Source: Candidatus Thermofontivivens primus
Lineage (GTDB): Bacteria; Sysuimicrobiota; Sysuimicrobiia; Sysuimicrobiales; Thermofontiviventaceae
Reading direction: 5' to 3'
Assembly: GCA_031458695.1 (NCBI GenBank)
Contig: JAVKJW010000001.1
Coordinates: 224,001 to 288,000, forward strand
DNA length: 64,000 nt
Program-made: the position numbers and the translations under genes
In this document: positions 19,148 through 28,275 of the stretch, piece by piece
How the letters are laid out: the number at the start of each line of letters is the position of its first letter
How positions within the stretch are numbered: position 1 is the stretch's first letter
The notes under the pieces: generated by a model
The model's input: the letters and a program-made list of their open reading frames with translations, nothing else
Told to the model about the DNA's origin: nothing
Databases searched by the model: none

Positions 19148-20911
19148 ATGCCGTTCGCGGATCTCCAGGACTTCCTCCGGCACTTGGAGCGACTGGGGGA
19201 ACTGCGCCGGGTGAAAGTAGAGGTAGATCCGAGGCTAGAGATCACCGAGATCGTCACCCGCGTCGTCCGGGAGGAAGGTCCGGCTCTCCTGTTCGAACGC
19301 GTCAAGGGGTCCCCCTTTCCCTTGGCCATCAATATCCTGGGGAGTCGCAGGAGGATCGAAGAAGCCCTCGGCCGCCCGCCCGCCGAGGTTGGGGAGGAAC
19401 TGGCCCGTCTCCTGGAGCGCCTGAACCCTCCTTCCTTGCGATCCTTATGGGAGATGCGCGGGGTTATTGGGAAAGCCCTCCATTTGCGCCTGAGGAGGGT
19501 ACGCCGCGCGCTATGCCAGGAGGTCTCCGAGGAGCCGGATCTCGACAAGCTTCCCATCCTCATGTGCTGGCCAGAGGATGGAGGCCGCTTCATCACCGAG
19601 GGGATGGTGTTTACCCGGGATCCTCTCACCGGGAGGAGCAACTTGGGCATCTACCGGCTGCACGTATACGACAAGAGGCGGACAGGGATGCACTGGCAGG
19701 TCCAGAAGGGTGGGGGGTTTCACTACTACCAGGCAGAGAAGCGGGGCGATGCTCTTCCCGTAGCTGTCGTCCTCGGAGGAGATCCCGCCCTCCTCCTCTC
19801 CGCAGTCCTTCCCCTCCCAGAGGGGTTCGAGGAAGTTGTGTTCAGTGGCTGGCTCCGTGGTGCTCCCACGCCAATGGTCCAAGGGCTCACGATCAATTTA
19901 GACTACCCGGCGAACGCCGAAATGGTGTTGGAGGGGATCGTCCCTCCATTTGAACGCGAGATGGAAGGGCCGTTCGGCGACCACTTCGGCCACTACTCCC
20001 ACGCTGCGCCCTTCCCTGTTTTCCACCTTCAACGGGTTGTACGCCGCAGGTCACCTGTCTACCCTGCCGCCGTGGTGGGGAAGCCTCCCCAGGAGGACCG
20101 CTACCTGGGGGATGCGGTTCAAGAGATGCTCATCCCCCTCCTCAGGCTTCTTTCTCCGGAGCTGCGTGACTTGTGGGCGTACTACGAGGCTGGGTTCCAC
20201 AACCTCGCCGTGGCCGCCGTGGAGAGCCGCTATCCCAGGGAGGCGCTGAAAACCGCTCTGGGGCTCCTCGGCCAGGGCCAGATGTCCCTGACCAAGTGCA
20301 TTGTGCTCGTGGACCCAGAAGTGAACGTACGGGATTTCCGGGCAGTGCTCCGTGCGATCCGGGAGAACTTCGACCCTCCTGAGGATTTCATCCTCATCTC
20401 ACGGTCCACGCTCGATACCCTGGATTTTACCTCCTTCCGCATGCACTTGGGAAGCAAGCTGATCCTCGATGCCACGGGGAGGAACGGTCAGCGAAGACAC
20501 CATGTACCTCCCCGCATCCCTGACCTCCGGGATCTGGACCCTCGGATTCTCCGGTGGGCACTCTGGGAAGATACGCTCCTCGCCGTCCAAGTGCGCGCCG
20601 GCGGGAGAGAGATGATCGAGCGGTTGGTGAAGGCCGAGGGGCTTGAGGGCGTCCCGTGGATTGTCGTCGTCAGCCCCGATGTGGACGTCACGGACCAGGA
20701 GAGCCTGATCTGGGGGATCTTCACCAGGTTCGACCCCGCTAGGGACATCGTCTTTGAACATGTGGAGCTGAGGGGCGTATGGCCAGTCTGCCACGGGCGG
20801 ATGGGTATCGACGCCACCTGGAAGGAGGGCTATCCCAAACCTCTCGAGATGACACCGGAGATCCAGGAACGGGTGCGGCTCCGGTGGAAGGAGTACTTCC
20901 CAGAGGAGTAA
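19148..20911 (+). CDS. mqnL: UbiD-family menaquinone biosynthesis decarboxylase
   Basis: NLGIYR, MHWQ, EGPFGDHFGHYS, GKPPQED; C-terminal ...DAT module appears twice. Confidence 0.85.
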   Translation: MPFADLQDFLRHLERLGELRRVKVEVDPRLEITEIVTRVVREEGPALLFERVKGSPFPLAINILGSRRRIEEALGRPPAEVGEELARLLERLNPPSLRSLWEMRGVIGKALHLRLRRVRRALCQEVSEEPDLDKLPILMCWPEDGGRFITEGMVFTRDPLTGRSNLGIYRLHVYDKRRTGMHWQVQKGGGFHYYQAEKRGDALPVAVVLGGDPALLLSAVLPLPEGFEEVVFSGWLRGAPTPMVQGLTINLDYPANAEMVLEGIVPPFEREMEGPFGDHFGHYSHAAPFPVFHLQRVVRRRSPVYPAAVVGKPPQEDRYLGDAVQEMLIPLLRLLSPELRDLWAYYEAGFHNLAVAAVESRYPREALKTALGLLGQGQMSLTKCIVLVDPEVNVRDFRAVLRAIRENFDPPEDFILISRSTLDTLDFTSFRMHLGSKLILDATGRNGQRRHHVPPRIPDLRDLDPRILRWALWEDTLLAVQVRAGGREMIERLVKAEGLEGVPWIVVVSPDVDVTDQESLIWGIFTRFDPARDIVFEHVELRGVWPVCHGRMGIDATWKEGYPKPLEMTPEIQERVRLRWKEYFPEE

Positions 20912-20917
20912 GGACCC

Positions 20918-21478
20918 ATGCGGATCGTTGTGGGGATCACCGGATCATCTGGCCCAATCTACGGGATCCGCACTCTCCAAGCGCTGCGGGAGGCGCAGGT
21001 GGAGACGCACCTCGTGATCACCGAGGGAGCGCGCCGGACCATCGTGTTAGAGACAGGGTGGCAAGTTGAAGAGGTGGAAGCCCTGGCCACAGCCGTCTAT
21101 GACAATGCGGATCTTGCTGCACCCATTAGCAGCGGATCCTTCCCGACAGATGGGATGATCGTGGTCCCCTGCTCCATGAAGACCCTCGCAGCCATCGCCT
21201 ACTCCATGAGCCAGGACCTTGTAGCCAGGGCTGCCGATGTAACGCTCAAGGAAGGACGCCGTCTCATCCTTGTCCCCAGGGAGACGCCTCTCCACCTGGG
21301 ACACCTGCGGAACATGGTGCGGGCAGCAGAGATCGGCGCGGTGATCCTCCCACCCATCCCCGCCTTTTACCATGGCCCGAGGACCGTAGAGGAGATCATC
21401 GACCAGACCGTCGGGAAGATCCTCGATCAGCTCTGCATCCCGCACACGCTCTACCGGCGCTGGGGTACGCTTCCTTGA
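20918..21478 (+). CDS. ubiX: Flavin prenyltransferase
   Basis: GITGSSG, ISSGS, PCSMKTLA, RAADVTLKE, RETP, PAFY. Confidence 0.95.
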   Translation: MRIVVGITGSSGPIYGIRTLQALREAQVETHLVITEGARRTIVLETGWQVEEVEALATAVYDNADLAAPISSGSFPTDGMIVVPCSMKTLAAIAYSMSQDLVARAADVTLKEGRRLILVPRETPLHLGHLRNMVRAAEIGAVILPPIPAFYHGPRTVEEIIDQTVGKILDQLCIPHTLYRRWGTLP

Positions 21479-21504
21479 CATGAGTCAATCCCTAGTGCTA
21501 TCCT
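21475..21504 (+). promoter_or_regulatory. Sigma70-type promoter of cold-shock gene
   Basis: TTGACA-N18-TATCCT with extended TG; -35 lies within palindrome TTGAC-N4-GTCAA. Confidence 0.6.
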
Positions 21505-21580
21505 TGGCTTGCATGTGGAGTTGGGGCACTTCCCAATGTCGGTTCGGGCAGTGCCCTAGAAATAGCTAGGAGGTAGGCAA

Positions 21581-21790
21581 ATGGCATATCGCGGTAGGGT
21601 AAAGTGGTTCAACCCCGAGAAGGGATACGGTTTCATTGCCCGGGAAGACGGAAGGGATGTGTTCGTTCACTACACGGCCATCCAGATGGAGGGGTTCAAG
21701 ACCCTCGAGGAGGGCCAGCTCGTTGAGTTTGACATCGTGGAGGGAGCGCGAGGACCGCAGGCCGCCAACGTCGTGAAGATCAAAGAATAG
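21581..21790 (+). CDS. Cold-shock protein
   Basis: [15 protein letters not shown] (RNP1), DVFVH (RNP2), GPQAANV; SD AGGAGG. Confidence 0.97.
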   Translation: MAYRGRVKWFNPEKGYGFIAREDGRDVFVHYTAIQMEGFKTLEEGQLVEFDIVEGARGPQAANVVKIKE

Positions 21791-21855
21791 GAGCCTTCTT
21801 GAAAGGTTTGCCGGCGAGAGTCAAAAGGATTTTGCCGGGGTCGTCAGGAGGCGAT

Positions 21856-21895
21856 AAAGCCCCAGCGAAGCAAAGGCAGCTGGGGCTTTTGATTT
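21856..21895 (+). terminator. Intrinsic terminator after csp
   Basis: AAAGCCCCAGC...GCTGGGGCTTT stem followed by T-rich tail. Confidence 0.7.
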
Positions 21896-21982
21896 GTCCC
21901 AAAGGTCCGATGGAAGAAGCAGGAACTTGCGTGTACAAAGGGAACATCTATAGCACATTCCCGGTCTGGGGGTTTTGGCGAG

Positions 21983-22564
21983 ATGAACGTGATCGTTGCC
22001 GGTAAGAATATCGAGGTCACCGATGCCTTGCGGCAGTATGCAGAACGGAAGCTCCAGAAGATCACCAAGTACTTTCACCAGATCCAGGAGGCCCATGTTG
22101 TCCTGAAGGTGGAGCGGCAACGGCCCCTCGGGCCCGCGGAGGTTGTGGAAGTCACCGTGCGAGGCGATGGCTTGATCCTCCGCGGGGAGGAGGCGACGAC
22201 GGACATGTACGCCTCCATCGACGGGGTGGTGGAGAAGCTGGAGAAGCAACTTGCCAAGTTCCGCAGCCGGATGATCGAGAAACGCCGCCTGGACGAGAGC
22301 CGCAGGCGGTCCAGGGCGAGGGATCGTTCCAGGAGCGCAGGCCTCAAGGAGGTCCCCGCCATTGCCGGGGCGGAGACCATTCCCCAGGACGTGGTTCGGA
22401 TCAAGCGCTTTGCTCTCAAACCCATGGACGTTGAGGAAGCCATCATGCAGATGGAGCTCCTCAGCCACGACTTCTTCGTCTTCCGCAACGCCCGCACCAG
22501 GGAGGTGAACGTCGTCTATAAGCGGCGGGATGGAAAGTACGGGCTCATCGAGCCGGAAGGGTAG
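21983..22564 (+). CDS. hpf: Long ribosome hibernation promoting factor (RaiA/HPF)
   Basis: GKNIEVTDALRQY, DMYASID, C-terminal KPMDVEEAIMQMELLSHDFFVF...VVYKRRDGKYGLIEP. Confidence 0.95.
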   Translation: MNVIVAGKNIEVTDALRQYAERKLQKITKYFHQIQEAHVVLKVERQRPLGPAEVVEVTVRGDGLILRGEEATTDMYASIDGVVEKLEKQLAKFRSRMIEKRRLDESRRRSRARDRSRSAGLKEVPAIAGAETIPQDVVRIKRFALKPMDVEEAIMQMELLSHDFFVFRNARTREVNVVYKRRDGKYGLIEPEG

Positions 22565-22573
22565 GGGGGACCC

Positions 22574-23230
22574 TTGAAGGAGCAGGAAGGGAAAACCATC
22601 GCCCAGCAGGCCGAGGAGATCATCCGGAGGCTGAAGGGAGTGGAGGCCGTCCGGGTGGAGGCTGGGGAGGAAGGCGGGATCCACCTCATCCACGTGTTGG
22701 GGCGTCCGGAAAGGAGCCCGAAGATGATTGCCCTCGATGTCGTTTCCGCCCTAGCCGCAGAGCTTGGGGTCACGCTGGAACCAAGGCAGATCCGGATCGC
22801 GCTCCTCCGGCAGGAAGAGCAGCAGGTCCTCCCCCCAGGACGCGCTCGTCTCAAGTTCGTCGGCCTCACCGTCTCCACCATCCGCAACACCCTCGAGGTG
22901 AAGGTGCACCTCGAGGACCGGGGGCTCTTGTACGAAGGGGTTGCCTCCGGGCCGAACTCTTCCCGCCATCGCTTGGAGCTCGCCGCCCAGGCCACACTGC
23001 GAGCGGTGGAGACCTTCCTGCGCGCAGAAGGGTTGTTCCTCCTTGAAGAGGTCGCCATCGTCCCCTTGGCGAGGAGGGAGGTGGCTTTAGCCCTGGTGAC
23101 CCTCCTGTCTCCTGAGGAGGAACACCTCAGCGGTTCCGCCATTGTCCGGGAGGACCCAAGGGAGGCAGTCGTCCGGGCGGTCCTCGCTGCCATCAACCGG
23201 CCTTTGTCCTGGTTGGCTGCGCAGGGATAA
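22574..23230 (+). CDS. Hypothetical protein with possible LeuA-regulatory-like repeats
   Basis: TTG start after AGGGGG; fills hpf-secA gap; paired helices AAQATLRAV / VVRAVLAAINR. Confidence 0.7.
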   Translation: MKEQEGKTIAQQAEEIIRRLKGVEAVRVEAGEEGGIHLIHVLGRPERSPKMIALDVVSALAAELGVTLEPRQIRIALLRQEEQQVLPPGRARLKFVGLTVSTIRNTLEVKVHLEDRGLLYEGVASGPNSSRHRLELAAQATLRAVETFLRAEGLFLLEEVAIVPLARREVALALVTLLSPEEEHLSGSAIVREDPREAVVRAVLAAINRPLSWLAAQG

Positions 23231-23301
23231 TCATCAGATCCATCGCTTCACCCACATTGTGTACTCCCTCCTCGGAGCAGGAGTAAGCGGTTCCTGGGGA
23301 G

Positions 23302-23310
23302 TGGTATAAT
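23302..23310 (+). promoter_or_regulatory. Extended -10 promoter of secA
   Basis: TGgTATAAT. Confidence 0.7.
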
Positions 23311-23345
23311 AGCGGTGTACCAATGCGGAAGAGGGAGGGCTCATC

Positions 23346-25970
23346 CTGAAGGTCCTGCAAAGGTTCCTCGGAGATTCCAATGAGCGGGCAATCCGGCGTC
23401 TTCTCCCCTTTGTGGAGCGGATTAACTCCCTGGAAGGGGAGATGGAGCGTCTTTCCGATGATGCGCTTCGGGCGAAGACGGCGGAGTTCAAGGCGCGGCT
23501 GCAAGCGGGCGAGACCCTTGACGATCTCCTCCCGGAGGCGTTTGCCGTCGTCCGCGAGGCCAGCAAGCGGACCATTGGCCTGCGCCACTTCGACGTTCAG
23601 TTGATGGGTGGGATCGTCCTCCACCAGGGGAAGGTCGCGGAGATGAAGACCGGCGAGGGGAAGACCCTCGTCGCTACCCTGCCCCTCTATCTCAATGCCC
23701 TCACTGGTCGGGGGGTTCACTTGGTGACCGTCAACGACTACCTGGCGATGCGGGATGCCGGGTGGATGGGGCCGATCTACCACTTCTTGGGACTCTCCGT
23801 GGCCGTGATTGTCCACGAGTTCTCGGGGCTGTATGACCCGGCTTACCAGGATCCCAAACCTCACGCCGATGACCGACTCAACCACTTCCGCCCCATCTCC
23901 CGGAGGGAGGCGTACGAGGCCGATATTACCTACGGCACCAACAGCGAGTTCGGGTTCGACTACCTCCGCGACAACATGGCCCTTCGCCCATCGGACCTGG
24001 TGCAGCGCGAGCACTACTACGCTATCGTGGACGAGGTGGACTTCATCCTCATCGACGAAGCCCGCACACCCCTCATCATCTCCGGCCAGGTCGAGGAGTC
24101 TACGGATCTCTACTATACCTTCGCCAAGATCGCCAGGCGCCTCGTCCCAGGTGTGGACTACCATGTGGACGAGAAACTCAAGAACGCCGTGCCCACTGAG
24201 GAAGGCATCGCAAAGGTAGAGCGCATGCTCGGAGTGGATAACCTCTCCGACCCCCACAACATCAACCTGATGCACCACCTCATCCAAGCCCTGCGCGCAC
24301 AGGCTTGTTACAAGCGGGATGTCGATTATGTTGTGAAGGACGGCCAGGTAATCATTGTGGACGAGTTCACTGGCCGCCTCATGTTCGGCCGGCGCTACAG
24401 CGACGGGCTCCATCAGGCTATTGAAGCCAAGGAGGGCGTGCGGATCCAGCGCGAGTCCCAGACCCTGGCGACGATCACCATCCAGAACTACTTCCGCATG
24501 TATGAGAAGCTCGCTGGGATGACGGGCACGGCGAAGACTGAGGAGGAGGAGCTGCGTCAGATCTATGGGATGGAGGTCGTCGTCATCCCCACCCACAAGC
24601 CAATGATCCGGGTGGATTATCCCGATGTCGTCTACAAGACAGAACGGGCTAAGTTCCGCGCGGTGATCAAGGAAATCGAAGAGTGCTACAAGCTTGGCCG
24701 ACCCGTCCTCGTGGGTACCCGGTCCATTGAGAAGAACGAGATGCTCTCCAGGGCCCTTCGGGAACGAGGGATCCCCCACCAGGTCCTCAACGCCAAGTAT
24801 CACGAGAAGGAAGCGGAGATCATTGCCCAGGCCGGCCGGAAGGGAGCGGTGACCATTGCCACAAACATGGCCGGCCGCGGGGTCGACATCATCCTGGGCG
24901 GGAACCCCCCAGATCCCCAGGAGGCCGAGGAAGTCAGGAGGCTTGGCGGACTCCACGTCATCGGCACCGAGCGCCACGAAGCCAGACGCATTGACAACCA
25001 GCTCCGGGGGCGCGCTGGGCGCCAGGGGGATCCAGGTTCCTCGCGGTTCTATGTCTCTTTGGAGGACGAACTCATGCGCTTGTTTGGGGGAGAGCGCGTC
25101 GCCTCCTTGATGGATCGCTTGGGTATCGATGAGGACACTCCGATCGAATCCCCACTGGTGAGTCGGCAGATCGAGAACGCGCAGAAGAAAGTGGAAAATT
25201 ACCACTTCGACATCCGCAAGCACGTCCTCGAGTACGACGATGTGATGAACATCCAGCGCAAGGTCATCTACGGGGAGCGTCGGAAGGTCCTCCTGGGCGA
25301 GAATATCCGGGAGAACATCCTGGACATGGTGGAGCGGCTCCTGGGCAACTTAGTGGACGAGTTCTGTCCCCAAAACCTGCGTCCCCAGGAGTGGGATCTG
25401 GAAGGGCTTTGCAACGCTGCCGTCCAGCTCATCCCCCAGCTGGGCATGATCACTGCGGAGGAGCTGGAGGGCCGCACGCGGGAGGAGATCCGAGAAACCC
25501 TCATCCGCGCAGGGCTCCAGGCTTACGAACAGAAGGAGCAGCAGGTCGGCCCCGAGGCGATGCGGGAGATCGAGCGCCTCGTCCTCCTCCAAACCATCGA
25601 CCGGAAATGGATTGACCATCTCTCCGCCATGGAGAGCCTGCGCGAGGGAATTGGCCTGCGGGCCTACGGGCAAGTGAGCCCCCTCGTGGAGTACCAGAGG
25701 GAGGCATACGAACTCTTCCAGGAGATGCTCCGGAGCATTCAGGAGGAGACGGTGAGAGTCCTGTACAGGGTCCTCCCCGCTCCGGTCCAGGAGAGGGAAC
25801 CAGCGCTTGCGCTGCGTCCTGCTGCGCGCGCGACGGGGACCAACCGCGACAGTGCGGGACCGGTGCGGGGCGCTCCGACGAGCGCGAAACGCAAGATCGG
25901 CCGCAACGACCCATGCTGGTGCGGAAGCGGGAAGAAGTATAAAAAGTGTCACGGGCGCCTAGAGCAGTAA
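23346..25970 (+). CDS. secA: Preprotein translocase ATPase SecA (probable CTG start; first GTG at 23412)
   Basis: [47 protein letters not shown]-terminal [18 protein letters not shown]. Confidence 0.97.
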   Translation: MKVLQRFLGDSNERAIRRLLPFVERINSLEGEMERLSDDALRAKTAEFKARLQAGETLDDLLPEAFAVVREASKRTIGLRHFDVQLMGGIVLHQGKVAEMKTGEGKTLVATLPLYLNALTGRGVHLVTVNDYLAMRDAGWMGPIYHFLGLSVAVIVHEFSGLYDPAYQDPKPHADDRLNHFRPISRREAYEADITYGTNSEFGFDYLRDNMALRPSDLVQREHYYAIVDEVDFILIDEARTPLIISGQVEESTDLYYTFAKIARRLVPGVDYHVDEKLKNAVPTEEGIAKVERMLGVDNLSDPHNINLMHHLIQALRAQACYKRDVDYVVKDGQVIIVDEFTGRLMFGRRYSDGLHQAIEAKEGVRIQRESQTLATITIQNYFRMYEKLAGMTGTAKTEEEELRQIYGMEVVVIPTHKPMIRVDYPDVVYKTERAKFRAVIKEIEECYKLGRPVLVGTRSIEKNEMLSRALRERGIPHQVLNAKYHEKEAEIIAQAGRKGAVTIATNMAGRGVDIILGGNPPDPQEAEEVRRLGGLHVIGTERHEARRIDNQLRGRAGRQGDPGSSRFYVSLEDELMRLFGGERVASLMDRLGIDEDTPIESPLVSRQIENAQKKVENYHFDIRKHVLEYDDVMNIQRKVIYGERRKVLLGENIRENILDMVERLLGNLVDEFCPQNLRPQEWDLEGLCNAAVQLIPQLGMITAEELEGRTREEIRETLIRAGLQAYEQKEQQVGPEAMREIERLVLLQTIDRKWIDHLSAMESLREGIGLRAYGQVSPLVEYQREAYELFQEMLRSIQEETVRVLYRVLPAPVQEREPALALRPAARATGTNRDSAGPVRGAPTSAKRKIGRNDPCWCGSGKKYKKCHGRLEQ

Positions 25971-26110
25971 GCCGAGCTAAGCCCCCCGCACAGAAGGTAG
26001 AAGCTTTTCGCTGGCGTCTCCTCGCAAAACCCCGTATTGATCCTGAGCCACTAGGATGCCCCCGGCATCAGGCAAAGGCCTCTGCCGGGTACTTTGGGTG
26101 AGGGGGAGAG

Positions 26111-28213
26111 ATGGTCCTTCGCTACCGGCCAAGGCTCATCCAGGCGAAAGCCGCCCCGCCCCTGACCGTTGTCTCCATTGTTTGCGCGGTCTCTTCTGGT
26201 TCCCTGTACTTCCTGGCCTTCCCACCCTTCCATCTCTATCCCCTGGCCTGGGTGGCCCTTGTACCCTTGCTCTGGGCACTCCACGAGCGACGGCCGCGAC
26301 AAGCCTTCCTCCTCGGGTACCTGGCAGGTGCCCTTGCCTTCGCCGAGCTCTTCCTGTGGATGTTGCGCTTTGGAATTGTCCCGTGGATCGCCCTGTGGGG
26401 GAGCCTCGCGGTCTTCTTCGGGATCTTCTCCGCCCTGTTCACCTGGCTCGGGCATCGCCGCTCTACTTTTTGGAGGCTCTGGCTGATCCCCATCCTCTGG
26501 ACCGCGGTGGAGTACCTCAGGTCCATCGGACCTCTGGGGTTCCCATGGGGGCTCCTGGGGCTCTCCCAAACCTCCTTCCCTCCTGCCCTCCAGGTCGCTT
26601 CTTTTGCCGGTGTCTACGGGGTCTCCTTCCTCATCGCCCTCATCAACAGCGTGGTGTTTTTCCTCTGTGCCTTCCTGTGGGAGGGCGGGCCCCTTCGTCA
26701 GGTGGCGAGCCTTGTCCCTCCTGTGGCGGTGATCTTCCTCGCTCTTTCCTTCGGGTTTGTGACGCTGGAGAGGAATCCGACCCAATCTTTGCCTTCGATG
26801 GTTCCTGTGGCTGCCCTGCAGCCCAACGTTCCTCCGTTACGGAAGGGGGATATCCAGTTCGTCCCGGAGGCAATGGGGCTCCTCGACCAATTGACCAGGG
26901 AGGCAGCGAGGCGAGGAGCCTCCCTCATTGTCTTTCCAGAGTCTGCCGTCCCAGGAGACCTGTTCGGAGCGCAGGGCAAACTCTCTGCAGTGCAGTCCTG
27001 GGCCCGTGGTGTGCGCACGACGATCCTGGCAAGTAGCTATGAGGGAGGGTCCTCCAACCTTGCCGTAGCCATTGGCCCTGATGGGAAGGTGCTGGGGCAG
27101 TACAGTAAGATGCGCCTTGTGGTCTTTGCCGAGGCCCAGACGAGACCAGGACGCGAGCAAGTCGTCCTTGCCACCCCTGCGGGGAATCTCGGGGTGTTGA
27201 TCTGCTTTGAATCGATTTTCCCCGAGATGGCCCGAGCTCTTGTCCGGAAAGGAGCGGATTTCCTCGTCGTGATCACCAACGATGGCTGGTTCGGGGAGTC
27301 GGCAGGCCCCGCCCAGCATGCCCAGGCTGCGATCCTCCGCGCGGTGGAGACAGGACGGGGGGTGATCCGTGCAGCCAATACGGGGATCTCCATGCTCGTG
27401 GATCCCTATGGCCGAGTCCTTGCCTACAAGCCCCTCAACACCGCAGGAGCTCTCACTGGATCCCTTCCCCGGCGGGAGGTCTTGACTCCCTATGCGCGCT
27501 GGGGTGACCTCTTCTCCCTCTTCCTCCTCGCTCTCGTGGGGGTCGTAGCTCTCCCTCAGATCGCGAGGTTCCTGGGAGAGGCAGCAGGAGAAGAAGGCTT
27601 CTGGGTTGCCTTCAAAGCCCTCCTCCTCCCAGGGACGATCTACCTGGTGCTCCGGGAACTCTCACCTTCCCTTGGAATCGCGGGAAGCTGGGCGTGGCCG
27701 TTTTTCGTCCTCGCAGGAACCCGCTTGGCTTCGTCTTCCAAAACGGCATCCATGAGGATCCCCAGGAGGGACCTGTGGAGGAGGGGCATAGGAGGCTGGA
27801 GGGGGCTCGGTGTGAGCTTACTTCTCGGGCTTGCCATCGTCCTAGGGCTCGCCTATGTCCTCTACACGGGCTATGCAGCGTGGCTTGTGCCCATCACCCC
27901 CATCCCCCCTCCCGACGGGTGGCTTGTGGGTGGGGTTCGCTTCCTCCTTGCCGGGATCGCCCTAGAGACGTGGCTGCGCGGGGTCGCCTTTGAAGCCATC
28001 GCCCTCTGGCAGACACGTCGGGTTGCCTGGGTTCTCACCACCCTCGTGGGCATGCTGATCCAGGCAGGGTTGCCTGCGGAGGCCTGGGTCTGGGCCATTC
28101 TCACGGGGGCCTCCTTTGGATTTCTCCGGCTCCTCACCGGGAACGCCCTGGGCCTCGGAATCGCCCGGGGGGTGGGGGATCTCCTCTTGTGGTTTTTGCT
28201 TTCGCCCCGTTGA
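26111..28213 (+). CDS. lnt: Apolipoprotein N-acyltransferase with extra C-terminal membrane domain
   Basis: GFPWGLLG, QPNV, catalytic triad FPES / YSK / ICFES, TNDGWFG, RAANTGIS; about 200 aa extension. Confidence 0.9.
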   Translation: MVLRYRPRLIQAKAAPPLTVVSIVCAVSSGSLYFLAFPPFHLYPLAWVALVPLLWALHERRPRQAFLLGYLAGALAFAELFLWMLRFGIVPWIALWGSLAVFFGIFSALFTWLGHRRSTFWRLWLIPILWTAVEYLRSIGPLGFPWGLLGLSQTSFPPALQVASFAGVYGVSFLIALINSVVFFLCAFLWEGGPLRQVASLVPPVAVIFLALSFGFVTLERNPTQSLPSMVPVAALQPNVPPLRKGDIQFVPEAMGLLDQLTREAARRGASLIVFPESAVPGDLFGAQGKLSAVQSWARGVRTTILASSYEGGSSNLAVAIGPDGKVLGQYSKMRLVVFAEAQTRPGREQVVLATPAGNLGVLICFESIFPEMARALVRKGADFLVVITNDGWFGESAGPAQHAQAAILRAVETGRGVIRAANTGISMLVDPYGRVLAYKPLNTAGALTGSLPRREVLTPYARWGDLFSLFLLALVGVVALPQIARFLGEAAGEEGFWVAFKALLLPGTIYLVLRELSPSLGIAGSWAWPFFVLAGTRLASSSKTASMRIPRRDLWRRGIGGWRGLGVSLLLGLAIVLGLAYVLYTGYAAWLVPITPIPPPDGWLVGGVRFLLAGIALETWLRGVAFEAIALWQTRRVAWVLTTLVGMLIQAGLPAEAWVWAILTGASFGFLRLLTGNALGLGIARGVGDLLLWFLLSPR

Positions 28214-28224
28214 TCTGATATAAT
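28196..28224 (+). promoter_or_regulatory. Sigma70-type promoter of prfB
   Basis: TTGCTT-N17-TATAAT with extended TG. Confidence 0.65.
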
Positions 28225-28275
28225 GACGGCCGGTGGCCGGACCTTTTCCTTTGTGCCCGGCAGGGAAGCGTGGTG

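Noticed and set aside
21791..21982. raiA-motif ncRNA or SRP RNA upstream of hpf
   Set aside because: Only a partial SRP-like string (AGGTCCGATGGAAGAAGCAG) without flanking helix; region explained by a hairpin, terminator and promoter
23193..25223. 676-aa antisense ORF opposite secA (likewise 1839-3338 and 43070-44533)
   Set aside because: Mirror-frame ORFs expected from GC-rich codon bias; no recognisable motifs or RBS
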